From Parvibaculales bacterium (GTDB taxonomy: Bacteria; Pseudomonadota; Alphaproteobacteria; RS24), in contig JBMHBY010000006.1 in NCBI GenBank assembly GCA_049890195.1, positions 219,453 to 259,452 of the forward strand: a DNA stretch of 40,000 nt, read 5' to 3'. The notes under the pieces were generated by a model, which saw only the letters and a program-made list of their open reading frames with translations, was not told the DNA's origin and did no database searches. Shown piece by piece: positions 24,556 through 33,847 of this stretch. A program made the position numbers and the translations under genes. How positions within the stretch are numbered: the stretch's first letter is position 1; every line of letters starts with the position of its first letter.

Positions 24556-24585
24556 TTGAAAGCCTAACAGCCGAAGTGCTATAAT
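24556..24585 (+). promoter_or_regulatory. Sigma70-type promoter TTGAAA-N18-TATAAT of the DUF5681-like gene, within intact repeat copy D (24549-24650)
   Basis: -35 at 24556-24561 and -10 at 24580-24585. RBS CAGGAG precedes the ATG at 24613. Only this copy keeps a consensus -10. Confidence 0.6.
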
Positions 24586-24612
24586 GTAAACCTGAGTTCA
24601 GGAGCATTCACG

Positions 24613-24903
24613 ATGCGCGATAAACAAGGCAAATTTGTTAAGGGTCATTCTGGCAATCCGGCGGGGCGTCCAAAAGATGCTTATAAGGTCGCAGAGCTGG
24701 CAAGAACATACACCACAGAGGCCATTGAGACCCTGGCTGAGATAATGCGCCATGCTAAAGATGAACGTGTAAGGGGAACAGCGGCGCAAGCACTGCTGGA
24801 TAGAGGCTGGGGCAAGCCTAAAGTGGAGATAGTCAGTGAGAATTCAGACTATGTTGCCGCCCTGCAAGCCGTCCGCCATCTTATACAACAAAAAGGCAAT
24901 TAA
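24613..24903 (+). CDS. Phage-associated small protein with N-terminal GNPAGRPK motif (DUF5681-like)
   Basis: 96 aa: MRDKQGKFVKGHSGNPAGRPKDAYK... This motif is typical of DUF5681-type phage proteins. It is the last gene before the tRNA junction. Confidence 0.55.
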   Translation: MRDKQGKFVKGHSGNPAGRPKDAYKVAELARTYTTEAIETLAEIMRHAKDERVRGTAAQALLDRGWGKPKVEIVSENSDYVAALQAVRHLIQQKGN

Positions 24904-24923
24904 CTGGCTGAAACAGACTTTAG

Positions 24924-24943
24924 TGCTGAGATAGCGCTGAGAT
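24924..24943 (+). promoter_or_regulatory. Two direct (T/C)GCTGAGAT repeats at 11-bp phasing: candidate integrase arm-type sites (tRNA-proximal end)
   Basis: TGCTGAGAT at 24924 and CGCTGAGAT at 24935. Same orientation as the repeats at 17101-17131. Confidence 0.5.
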
Positions 24944-25007
24944 TATAAGCAACGTCAATGCATCATCGCGTTGAAAAACAATAACTAACTGAAATATAAT
25001 GAGAAAA

Positions 25008-25084
25008 TGGCGCACCGGGGAAGATTCGAACTCCCGACCCCTTGATTCGTAGTCAAGTACTCTATCCAGCTGAGCTACCGGTGC
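25008..25084 (-). tRNA. tRNA-Arg (anticodon ACG), 77 nt with encoded CCA
   Basis: Reverse complement: GCACCGGTAGCTCAGCTGGATAGAGTACTTGACTACGAATCAAGGGGTCGGGAGTTCGAATCTTCCCCGGTGCGCCA. It folds as a cloverleaf with anticodon loop CU-ACG-AA. Confidence 0.92.
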
Positions 25085-25204
25085 TTAAACCTTGTTACAA
25101 ACAGGTGTCGTTTGTTTAATCACTCAGGGTGATTTTGGCAAGCCCTGAATGGTGTTTTGAGCAATTTCTTTGCAGCCGGCCGGATCGCACAGTAAGATGT
25201 CCGC

Positions 25205-26956
25205 ATGACGCATCGCACACTCCAAACCGCACTTTTGCTGTTGCTCTGTCTGCTGTTGGCACACCCTGTCGCAGCCGGGCCGGAAGCTTCAGCGACGTCA
25301 CGGCCTGAAGCCATGGTGACTGCGGCGCATCCGCTGGCGGTGCAGGCCGGCAAAGAGATCCTGCAGGCGGGCGGCAGCGCCATGGACGCCGCCGTTGCGG
25401 TGCAGGCCATGTTGGGGCTGGTCGAGCCGCAATCCTCCGGCCTGGCAGGCGGTGGGTTCCTGTTGTATTATCAGGCAAAAAGCGGGGAGTTGACCAGCTG
25501 GGACGGGCGCGAAACCGCCCCGGCAAAGCTGGACCCAGATGTGTTTGCGCAATACGCACAACCGCGCAGCTATGAGAATTTCATGCGTGCCGTCACCAGC
25601 GGCCACGCCACCGGTGTTCCGGGGATCCCGGACCTGCTTGTCAGGGCTCACAGCCGGTTTGGACAGCTCCATTGGCCGGTTTTACTGAAGCCGGCCATAA
25701 ATGTCAGCCGGAGGGGGTTTGCCGTCACGCCCCGCCTGCATGCCCTGTTGCACCGCGACACTTATTTGCGCCAGAACCAACATGCCCGTGCCCTGTTTTA
25801 CCTTGAAGACGACCAGGGCAGTCTGCAGGCCTTACCGGTCGGGCACATATTGAAAAACCCAGCCTATGGCGACACGCTTGACGCCTTTTCCCGCCTGCCC
25901 CGCGACAGCTTTTATGCAACCGACACCGGCACGCCCGGCCATGAGATCCTGACAACCCTGACCACTGCCGGCAATCGCATGACCGCGGCGGATCTGGCTT
26001 CTTACACCGCCAAACAGCGGCCCAACCTCTGCGCGCCTTACAGAGCATTCAAGGTATGCAGCATGGGACCGCCCAGCTCCGGTGGCGTAACCTTGCTGCA
26101 GATGCTCGGCATCCTGTCGCATTTCACGCTTGCCGACCTCGCCCCGGACAGCCTGACGGCGGTGCATCTGATCAGCGAAGCCGGGCGCCTGGCCTTTGCC
26201 GACCGCAATCATTATCTCGCCGACCCCGATTTTGTGGACGTGCCCGTCCCCGCCCTGCTGGATGACGACTATCTGCGCCGCCGCGCCGGGTTGATCCGCA
26301 TGGACAAAGCCCTGCCGACCGTCCAGCCCGGCGACCCGGCCGGAACCCGATCGCAATTTTCCGCGGCGCGCTCCCCGGAAATGGCCTCCACCACCCATTT
26401 CACCATCCGGGATTTTGCCGGCAACATCGTGTCCTTCACCAGCTCGGTGGAGTCGGCGTTCGGCTCGCGCCGGATGGCCGGCGGCATGATGCTCAACAAC
26501 CAGCTGACGGATTTTTCCTTTGCGGTTGCCGGTGACGGCCAAAAAGTCGCCAATGCCCCCGCCGGGGGCAAGCGGCCGCGCTCCTCCATGACGCCGGTCA
26601 TCATCTTTGACGCCCAAAACAGGCCGTTCGCCGCCCTCGGCTCGCCCGGCGGACCAAAAATCATCGGTTATGTGGCATTGAGCGTAATCGCGCTCATTGA
26701 CTGGCAGTTGTCGATGCAGGAAGCCATCACCCTGCCGCGCCATGTTGTGCCATCCGGTGTGATTGAATTGGAGGCCGGGACCAATCTGACCAAGCTGACC
26801 GCAGAGCTTGAGAGGGTCGGGCACAAAACCAAAATCAACCGCCACCACAGCGGTCTGCATGGCATCCGCATCAGTGGCCCTCAAACCGGTCTTGACGGCG
26901 GCGCCGACCCCCGGCGCGAGGGGGTGGTGGCGCACCTGACAGGCGCACCGGAATAA
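25205..26956 (+). CDS. ggt: Gamma-glutamyltransferase
   Basis: 583 aa with a signal peptide. Autoprocessing/catalytic site STTHFTIRD. GGFLLYY and PSSGG motifs. Confidence 0.9.
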   Translation: MTHRTLQTALLLLLCLLLAHPVAAGPEASATSRPEAMVTAAHPLAVQAGKEILQAGGSAMDAAVAVQAMLGLVEPQSSGLAGGGFLLYYQAKSGELTSWDGRETAPAKLDPDVFAQYAQPRSYENFMRAVTSGHATGVPGIPDLLVRAHSRFGQLHWPVLLKPAINVSRRGFAVTPRLHALLHRDTYLRQNQHARALFYLEDDQGSLQALPVGHILKNPAYGDTLDAFSRLPRDSFYATDTGTPGHEILTTLTTAGNRMTAADLASYTAKQRPNLCAPYRAFKVCSMGPPSSGGVTLLQMLGILSHFTLADLAPDSLTAVHLISEAGRLAFADRNHYLADPDFVDVPVPALLDDDYLRRRAGLIRMDKALPTVQPGDPAGTRSQFSAARSPEMASTTHFTIRDFAGNIVSFTSSVESAFGSRRMAGGMMLNNQLTDFSFAVAGDGQKVANAPAGGKRPRSSMTPVIIFDAQNRPFAALGSPGGPKIIGYVALSVIALIDWQLSMQEAITLPRHVVPSGVIELEAGTNLTKLTAELERVGHKTKINRHHSGLHGIRISGPQTGLDGGADPRREGVVAHLTGAPE

Positions 26957-26965
26957 AATCAGGAA

Positions 26966-28390
26966 TCAGGCAACGGACTGCGCCTCATCCTCGTCACCGG
27001 ACGGGGCTTCATAGGGCAGATACAGTTCAAAAATGGAGCCTTTGGATGAGGTTGCAACCAGTTCCAGTTGCCCCCCATGCCATTTGGTCAATTCATCGGC
27101 AATCGCCATGCCCAGCCCCGTTCCGCCCGGCTTGAGGCTGCCCTGATAGGGCACAAACAGTTTTCCAACAGTTTCTGAATCCATGCCCGGGCCGTTATCC
27201 TCGATGATCAAAACCATGCCCTGCTTCTCCTTACGGCTGGTGACAACCACGCGCCCCCGCTGACCGGATGATTTGATCGCCTGAATGGCATTCAGCACGA
27301 CATTATAAATGATACGAAAAGCCAGATTGCGTTCACAATCAATCTGCTCGCGGGCATCAACCCGGTTGACAAGCTGCACCTTGTTGGCGACATCATGCAA
27401 ACGCACAAGTGTCAGCACCTCATTGACCAAAGGCCGGACGGCATGGGTGTTGTAATCAATGTCCCGTTTGGTGGCGGTGGAATATTGTGTTGTCCAGTCA
27501 CACAGACTGACGGCGCGCTCAATGCTGATGTTCATCCGTTCACCCATCCGCCGATCCTTGTCATCATCGGAGGCAACGAACCGGTCTGCGAATAATTGCA
27601 TGCTCGCCAGAACATTGCGGATATCGTGGGCCAGCCGGGCCGCACCGGCACCAAGCGACGCCAGACGGGATTGCTCATCAATGTGCTGTGCTATGGTTTT
27701 TTCCAAATCATCAACACGGGATGCCCGTCGCCCGAATCCAACCGGGCTGTTTTTCTGGCGCATCAAAAGCGCCGTCATGGACAAGGACAATTCACGGCGG
27801 AACAGGCGGGGCAAAAACAGCACAATGAAAAAACTCATAAAGGCCGCGAAACGAATCGAGCGCTCGGTCTGGGTCAGGATGTATTCCATCAACGCTTCAT
27901 GACGGAAAATGACGGTTATACGGCTTCCGATTTTATCATCGGCGCTGGTGATCAAGCCCAACTGCCCCCGCGGAGCACGGAAAAGGCGGTACAGGTTCAC
28001 AAAACTTTCCCTGGGGGCATCAAACCCCAGATCAATGCGTATGGGCGAGGCAGGCAGGTTTGACTCTGCACCAAACCATTCAATCCGCATATAACCCGCT
28101 TCAGGGTCATAAAATTTCACACCCTCGACATGCTGATAGACGGCCAAAATCTCTTTCTCCAAAACCGACAATGGCCGGTTGCGGACCAGCTCGGCCGCCA
28201 GAACGCCATTGTTGAAAATATCCTGCGAGACATGCTTGCCAGACCGATTCATGGCAACGGGCGTGATGATGAGATTGAGAAGAAGAAAAACGCCGACAAA
28301 GATTGCGATAAGCCGGAAAGTGGCCCTTTGAAAAGGGGTTGCCTTGATGCCCATGACCGACCCAATGCCGGTCAAAAAAGATTTGCCCAT
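26966..28390 (-). CDS. Sensor histidine kinase (membrane-anchored)
   Basis: H-box LAHDIRNVL. N/G boxes NAIQA, EDNGPGM and GTGLGMAI. I chose the ATG at 28390, preceded by AGGTGGGA. Confidence 0.85.
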   Translation of the reverse strand: MGKSFLTGIGSVMGIKATPFQRATFRLIAIFVGVFLLLNLIITPVAMNRSGKHVSQDIFNNGVLAAELVRNRPLSVLEKEILAVYQHVEGVKFYDPEAGYMRIEWFGAESNLPASPIRIDLGFDAPRESFVNLYRLFRAPRGQLGLITSADDKIGSRITVIFRHEALMEYILTQTERSIRFAAFMSFFIVLFLPRLFRRELSLSMTALLMRQKNSPVGFGRRASRVDDLEKTIAQHIDEQSRLASLGAGAARLAHDIRNVLASMQLFADRFVASDDDKDRRMGERMNISIERAVSLCDWTTQYSTATKRDIDYNTHAVRPLVNEVLTLVRLHDVANKVQLVNRVDAREQIDCERNLAFRIIYNVVLNAIQAIKSSGQRGRVVVTSRKEKQGMVLIIEDNGPGMDSETVGKLFVPYQGSLKPGGTGLGMAIADELTKWHGGQLELVATSSKGSIFELYLPYEAPSGDEDEAQSVA

Positions 28391-28412
28391 AGTCCCACCT
28401 ACGCAATTCATC

Positions 28413-30551
28413 TTAACTAAATAAGTTCAGTAATCTGACGAGTCCTCTTGTTTTGGCGCTGTACAATGTCGGCGTGTAATAGCTCCCTGCAACGCGTTTG
28501 GAAATTTCCCCCCGGGTCGGATAGGGGGCAATCATGCCGGCCATGGCTGAAATGGGAAGCTTTTGCTCCAAGGCCAAAGTCCAGGGTGCAATCAGATCGC
28601 CGGCGTTTTGACCAACAATGCCCGCCCCCAGGATTTTCCCTTTGGTGGTTAATATAATTTTGATCATACCCTCGCTGGCGTTTTCGGCCCTGGCGCGGTC
28701 ATTCCCGGAAAAGGGCTCGCTCAGGACTTTCACCTTAAAGCCCTTGGCCAGCGCCTCTGCCTCTGTCAAACCAACCTGGGCCAGCTCCGGATCTGTATAG
28801 ACAACTTGCGGCATCACATCATGGCTGGCCTTGGCGGGCAGCTTGAACAGGGCATTGCGGATAACGATGCCGGCATGATAGCCGGCTGCATGGGTCAACT
28901 GGGTCAATCCGGTCACATCTCCGACAGCAAACACTTTTTTGTTGCTGGTGCGCAGGCGTTCATCAACCTTGATGCCGTTGTCGTCATAGTCAATGCCGGC
29001 CTTGTCCAGATCCAGACGTGCCGTTTGTGGCCGCCGCCCGGTCGCGACCAGCAGGTGCGAACCGGTCAGAAGTTTCACTGCTTCTCCGTCCAGCAGTGTC
29101 ACCTTGAACAGCTGCGTTGTCTGGGAGACGGACTTAATTTTCACACCCTCCAGACACTCTATGCCGTCGGCAACAAGTTTGTCCCGTAAACAGGCGACAA
29201 GATCAGGGTCACTGCGCGGCAACAACCGGTCGGCCTCCATAATTGTGACTTTTGATCCCAACCGGGCATGCGCCTGTGCCATTTCGACACCAATGGCGCC
29301 GCCACCGATTATCAACAGGTGATCCGGTGCCTTTTTGAGATCAAATATTGTCTCATTCGTCAGAAAATCCGTTTTGCGCAAACCCTGGATCGGCGGAATG
29401 GCGGCCGTGGACCCGGTGGCAACGACAAATTTTTTGGCCTGGACCTGAAAACCGCCGACTTTGGCTGTCTGAGCGTCAACGAACCTGGCATTGCCCTTCA
29501 AAACGTTCACACCAAGCCCTTCAAAACGCTCTACGGAGTCATGCGGCTCAATGGCGGCAATCACATTGCGCACATGACCTTTGACAGCATCAAAATCAAT
29601 TTTGACCCGTGAGGCATTGACGCCCAGTGTCTTGCCGTGCTGGATGCTGTCGGCGGCATGCGCTGCCGCGAGCAGTGCTTTGGACGGCACACAGCCCGTA
29701 TTGAGGCAATCGCCGCCCATTTTGTCCCGCTCAATCAAAACCGTGCGGGCCCCCATCTGCGCGGCCCCGGCCGCGACCGATAAGCCGCCCGACCCGGCAC
29801 CGATGACGCAAATGTCAGCCTTCACCAGCTTCCTTTTCTTCAGTTCAATGTCCTTGACCTGTTGATATTTGCGGACAAAAACCGGGGCCAGACTGAGCAG
29901 GCCGAGGCCGCAAAGCGGCAGAAAGACCTCCGGATTGAAAATGATGCTCAAATCAGGAATGCCGCCCTGCGACAAGACGACTGACAGGCCATTGCCGACA
30001 CTGGCATACACAAAGGTGCCGGGCGCGATGCCAATGGCGGTTGTCAGGAGAAAAACCGAAAATGAGACATTGGTCAGGGCAGCCGCAATATTGACCAGAA
30101 AAAACGGAAAGACCGGAATGAAACGCACCATCAAAAGATAGGACACCGCATCGCGCTGGAAGCCCTCCTGAAACTGTGTCAAGCGCGGACCAGCCTTTTG
30201 CCGCAAAGCATCGCCCAATGCGCTGCGTGCCGCAAAAAACAACAGACACGCCCCGCCGGTGGCGCCGGCAATGGTCAAAACCCCGCCGACAAAAGTGCCG
30301 AACACCAATCCGCCAGAAAGGGTCAAAACAGTCGCGGCCGGCAGCGACAATGCCACAACAAGCACGTAAAGAGTCAGAAACAAAAAGGCGCTGGCGACCG
30401 GCATCGCTTTCACGGCCTCCTTGACGGCAGCCTCATTCTGCCTGAGCGCCTCAAAACTGAGATACTGATCCAGCCCCAGAGAAAAAACCAGCACCATAAT
30501 GAAAATAATCATGGCGAGAGGGATGAATCTTTTAAATTTTCTCAAATCCAT
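28413..30551 (-). CDS. Fusion protein: TVP38/TMEM64 (DedA-like) membrane domain plus FAD-dependent pyridine nucleotide-disulfide oxidoreductase
   Basis: N-terminal ~230 aa are multi-TM. They are followed by VIGAGSGGLSVA, the redox-active GGDCLNTGCVPSK motif, and a C-terminal dimerisation domain. Confidence 0.85.
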   Translation of the reverse strand: MDLRKFKRFIPLAMIIFIMVLVFSLGLDQYLSFEALRQNEAAVKEAVKAMPVASAFLFLTLYVLVVALSLPAATVLTLSGGLVFGTFVGGVLTIAGATGGACLLFFAARSALGDALRQKAGPRLTQFQEGFQRDAVSYLLMVRFIPVFPFFLVNIAAALTNVSFSVFLLTTAIGIAPGTFVYASVGNGLSVVLSQGGIPDLSIIFNPEVFLPLCGLGLLSLAPVFVRKYQQVKDIELKKRKLVKADICVIGAGSGGLSVAAGAAQMGARTVLIERDKMGGDCLNTGCVPSKALLAAAHAADSIQHGKTLGVNASRVKIDFDAVKGHVRNVIAAIEPHDSVERFEGLGVNVLKGNARFVDAQTAKVGGFQVQAKKFVVATGSTAAIPPIQGLRKTDFLTNETIFDLKKAPDHLLIIGGGAIGVEMAQAHARLGSKVTIMEADRLLPRSDPDLVACLRDKLVADGIECLEGVKIKSVSQTTQLFKVTLLDGEAVKLLTGSHLLVATGRRPQTARLDLDKAGIDYDDNGIKVDERLRTSNKKVFAVGDVTGLTQLTHAAGYHAGIVIRNALFKLPAKASHDVMPQVVYTDPELAQVGLTEAEALAKGFKVKVLSEPFSGNDRARAENASEGMIKIILTTKGKILGAGIVGQNAGDLIAPWTLALEQKLPISAMAGMIAPYPTRGEISKRVAGSYYTPTLYSAKTRGLVRLLNLFS

Positions 30552-30802
30552 GGGAGCAATCTAACACTAACCTTTGACTGAATACCACTAAGAAGAAAAA
30601 GCCCACACGTGTCCATCGAATTCTCTTATCTTCACGAAATTGTGACTTACCCGCTTAATCAGGCGTTTTTGACAGCTCAGGTACAACCAGAAAACTGTCT
30701 GTAGCGGCCCAATTGCATTGACTTCACTGTATTTTTTGGTTACATCCACCCTCACCTTGATTTATTGAACAATGCCTGACCGTCAGGCTGAGGAGACAAG
30801 CC

Positions 30803-30937
30803 GTGAAGCGCACATTCCAACCTTCAAATCTGGTCCGCAAACGCCGCCATGGTTTCCGGTCCCGCATGGCGACCAAAAACGGCCGCCAAATCCTGAATCG
30901 TCGCCGCAATAAGGGCCGTAAAAGCCTGTCTGCCTAG
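30803..30937 (+). CDS. rpmH: 50S ribosomal protein L34, not in the ORF track (44 aa, GTG start)
   Basis: My translation: [52 protein letters not shown]. Located upstream of rnpA. Confidence 0.92.
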   Translation: MKRTFQPSNLVRKRRHGFRSRMATKNGRQILNRRRNKGRKSLSA

Positions 30938-30959
30938 ACACCGGGGTCCGCCTTATACC

Positions 30960-31346
30960 ATGACCAGCCTCGCCAGACTTAAGGTCAGACGCGACTTCCT
31001 TGATGCCGCGAAGGGGCTCAAATATGTCCGTCGGGGGCTTGTCCTGCAGGCTCTTGATAAATCCGCAAGCTCCAAAGCCGGTACCATGCGTTATGGTCTG
31101 ACGGTCACCAAAAAGGTCGGCAATGCCGTCACCCGCAACCGCATCCGCAGACGCTTGAGGGCCGTCGCAACAGAACTTCTGCCCGAACTGGGCCGGTCCG
31201 GGTTCGATTATGTGTTGATCGGCCGGGTTACGACACTTGATCGGCCTTATGCGCAGCTGGTAAAAGACCTTGAAACAGCGCTTGCGCGCGTTCATGATAT
31301 GGCCAGTCAACCCAAATTTGCGTCAGTTGAGGAGACCGCGAAGTGA
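30960..31346 (+). CDS. rnpA: Ribonuclease P protein component
   Basis: 128 aa. VTKKVGNAVTRNRIRRRLR (RNR motif). rpmH-rnpA-yidC synteny. Confidence 0.9.
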   Translation: MTSLARLKVRRDFLDAAKGLKYVRRGLVLQALDKSASSKAGTMRYGLTVTKKVGNAVTRNRIRRRLRAVATELLPELGRSGFDYVLIGRVTTLDRPYAQLVKDLETALARVHDMASQPKFASVEETAK

Positions 31347-33130
31347 ACGACAATAATAACGGCAATTTTTTTCTGGCCATCATGCTTTGTCTCGGTGTCC
31401 TACTGGCTTGGCAATATTTCATAATCGACCCGAAAATCGCGCAGGAAAATGCCCGCCGCCAGGCTGTTCAGGCCGAACAGGCCAAGGCCGAGGCCGCCGC
31501 CACACCGACTTATATTGACACACCTGCTGTTGAAACGGATGAGAGGGGCGTGCAGCAGGCGCAGCAGCCAACACCTGATTTTGCCGACAGTCCGCGTCTT
31601 GCCATCGAAACGCCGCAACTGACCGGAAGCCTGGCCCTGATGGGTGCCCGCATTGATGACCTGTCCTTGAAACAATATCCTGTTTCACTCGGCAACGCCG
31701 AAATCATCACCCTTTTGACCCCGGAAACGGGCGACAAGTTCTGGCACGTCACTTACGGCTGGATTGGACGCGGGGACATCAACGCCGCCCTGCCGGCACC
31801 GGACAGCCTGTGGACGGTTGAAACAGGGGATGTGCTGACCCCTGAAACGCCGGTGACATTGCGGTTCGACGCAGCCAACGGACTGATTTTCCGGCGCCAC
31901 ATTGCAGTTGATGACAACTTCATGTTCACCATACGCCAGTCCATTGAAAACACCGGCGGCCAGAACATCACCTTGTTCCCTTACGGCCAGATTACGCGCC
32001 GCGGCAATGATGCAGGAATGGAGATTTTCGTTCTGCACGAAGGGGGGATCGGCGTTCTGGGCGAAGAGGCCGGTCTTCAGGAGATTGATTACAGTGATCT
32101 GGTTGAGGATGCCCCGGTCAAGGAAAACGCTGTCGGCGGCTGGCTGGGCCTGACCGACAAATACTGGGCGGCTGCCATCATCCCGCCGCAGGACGAGAAA
32201 TATCAGGCCCGAATGAACGGAGAGGCCGCCTCGAGTTCTGCCGGCGCACTTTACCGCTCAGATTTCCGGCTGGGGGGGCGCACGGTTGCCCCCGGCACCA
32301 CAGTTGACGTCGAGTCACGTTTGTTCGCCGGCGCCAAAAAAGTGGACCTGATTGATGAATACAATGCCGACGGCATCTTGAAATTTGACCTGTTGATTGA
32401 CTGGGGGTGGTTCTACTTCCTGACCAAGCCGATGTTCCAACTTCTCGCCTTTTTCTATGGCCTGTTCGGAAATTACGGTCTGGCAATCCTGATTGTGACC
32501 GTCGTCATCAAGCTTGTATTCTTCCCGCTGGCCAACAAGTCCTATGTGACCATGGCAAAGATGAAAAAACTTCAGCCTGAGATGACCCGCATCCGCGAAA
32601 CCATGGCCGATGACAAACAGCAGCAGCAACAAGCGCTGTTGAAGCTCTACCGGGATGAGAAACTCAATCCAATGGCGGGTTGCCTGCCGATCCTGATACA
32701 GGTTCCGGTCTTTTTCTCACTGTATAAGGTCCTGTATGTCACGATTGACATGCGCCACCAGCCTTTCTTCGGCTGGATTGAAGACCTTTCGGCCCCCGAC
32801 CCGACCTCCTTGTTCAATTTGTTCGGATTGCTGCCCTATGATCCGCCGCAATTCCTGATGCTCGGAATTTGGCCCATCATCATGGGCGTCACCATGTTCA
32901 TCCAGATGCAGATGAACCCGCCGGCGCCCGACCCTGTCCAACGCCGCATCTTCATGTTCATGCCGCTGCTGTTCACATTCCTGTTGGCGAGCTTCCCGGC
33001 CGGTCTTGTGATATACTGGGCTTGGAACAACACATTATCGGTTCTGCAGCAGGGTTACATCATGCAACGCAACGGCGCACCGATTGAGTTATTGAACAAT
33101 TTGGGCCTGAAGGGGAAATCAGGCTCCTGA
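31343..33130 (+). CDS. yidC: Membrane protein insertase YidC
   Basis: 595 aa. Large periplasmic domain followed by the conserved C-terminal TM core (CLPILIQVPVFFSLY). Confidence 0.92.
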   Translation: MNDNNNGNFFLAIMLCLGVLLAWQYFIIDPKIAQENARRQAVQAEQAKAEAAATPTYIDTPAVETDERGVQQAQQPTPDFADSPRLAIETPQLTGSLALMGARIDDLSLKQYPVSLGNAEIITLLTPETGDKFWHVTYGWIGRGDINAALPAPDSLWTVETGDVLTPETPVTLRFDAANGLIFRRHIAVDDNFMFTIRQSIENTGGQNITLFPYGQITRRGNDAGMEIFVLHEGGIGVLGEEAGLQEIDYSDLVEDAPVKENAVGGWLGLTDKYWAAAIIPPQDEKYQARMNGEAASSSAGALYRSDFRLGGRTVAPGTTVDVESRLFAGAKKVDLIDEYNADGILKFDLLIDWGWFYFLTKPMFQLLAFFYGLFGNYGLAILIVTVVIKLVFFPLANKSYVTMAKMKKLQPEMTRIRETMADDKQQQQQALLKLYRDEKLNPMAGCLPILIQVPVFFSLYKVLYVTIDMRHQPFFGWIEDLSAPDPTSLFNLFGLLPYDPPQFLMLGIWPIIMGVTMFIQMQMNPPAPDPVQRRIFMFMPLLFTFLLASFPAGLVIYWAWNNTLSVLQQGYIMQRNGAPIELLNNLGLKGKSGS

Positions 33131-33139
33131 TCACCAAGG

Positions 33140-33847
33140 ATGATGGCCATGGGTTCCGACAGCAACGACAAACAGAACCCGGAGACAGGCCGCTGGCTTT
33201 TTGCTCAAGGCACCTCTTTCCGCATCGGCGTACCGGATTTATCGGTTCTGCCGCCGGCGGACCGTGACGAAATCGCTTTCGCCGGAAGGTCAAATGTCGG
33301 CAAATCAAGCCTGATCAACGCCTTGACCGGACACAAGAGCCTGGCCCGCACCTCATCAACACCGGGACGCACCCAGGAGCTGAATTTTTTTGCTCTGGCC
33401 CCGGAACGCAGCACTGACGGCAATGGTGTGCTGTGGCTTGTTGACATGCCCGGCTACGGCTATGCCCGCGAGTCAAAATCAAAAATCAAGGCCTGGAACA
33501 AACTGCTTGTCGCCTATCTTCAAGGCCGCCCTAACCTCAGACGGGTTTTCCTGCTGGTGGATGCACGACACGGCCTGAAACCGAATGATCTGGAACAGAT
33601 GTCTGACTTTGACAAATCAGCCGTCCCCTACCAGATTGTGCTGACAAAAGCGGACAAACCCAAAAAAGGGGATTTGACCGATTGTCTTGAAAATGTCAAA
33701 AAAGCCATACAGAAGCGGCCGGCCGCGCATCCACGGATCCTCGTCACCTCCAGTGAAAAAAATGACGGCATAGAGGATCTGAGATCTGAAATCGCCAGCA
33801 TGGTGGATCTGGAGGCAATCGGCTATCAACCGCGCCAAGAAACATGA
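33140..33847 (+). CDS. engB: Ribosome biogenesis GTP-binding protein YihA/EngB
   Basis: G1 [10 protein letters not shown]3 DMPGYG and G4 TKADK motifs. Confidence 0.88.
   Translation: MMAMGSDSNDKQNPETGRWLFAQGTSFRIGVPDLSVLPPADRDEIAFAGRSNVGKSSLINALTGHKSLARTSSTPGRTQELNFFALAPERSTDGNGVLWLVDMPGYGYARESKSKIKAWNKLLVAYLQGRPNLRRVFLLVDARHGLKPNDLEQMSDFDKSAVPYQIVLTKADKPKKGDLTDCLENVKKAIQKRPAAHPRILVTSSEKNDGIEDLRSEIASMVDLEAIGYQPRQET

Larger units (their letters stand above)
16912..25056. mobile_element. Integrative genomic island, a candidate phage satellite-like element, inserted in tRNA-Arg(ACG)
   Basis: Bounded by the tRNA-derived direct repeats. Encodes a P4-type integrase, HTH proteins and a Prim-Pol/AAA replication protein. 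Visibly AT-richer than the flanks. Confidence 0.85.

Noticed and set aside
15011-24650. Integron-like cassette array (repeats A-D as attC sites)
   Set aside because: The integrase is P4-type with an arm-binding N-terminus, not IntI-like. The repeats contain a promoter, an RBS and a start codon rather than the imperfect palindromic structure of attC. Relics of tandem islands explain them better.
24598-24789. 63-aa minus-strand ORF
   Set aside because: It is antisense to the DUF5681-like gene, which has a promoter, an RBS and a recognisable motif.
30552-30802. Chromosomal origin (oriC) near rpmH-rnpA-yidC
   Set aside because: No dnaA gene and no cluster of DnaA boxes (TTATCCACA-like) seen. 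The alphaproteobacterial oriC is usually elsewhere. Only a small 7-1-7 palindrome (30774-30788) lies in the rpmH leader.
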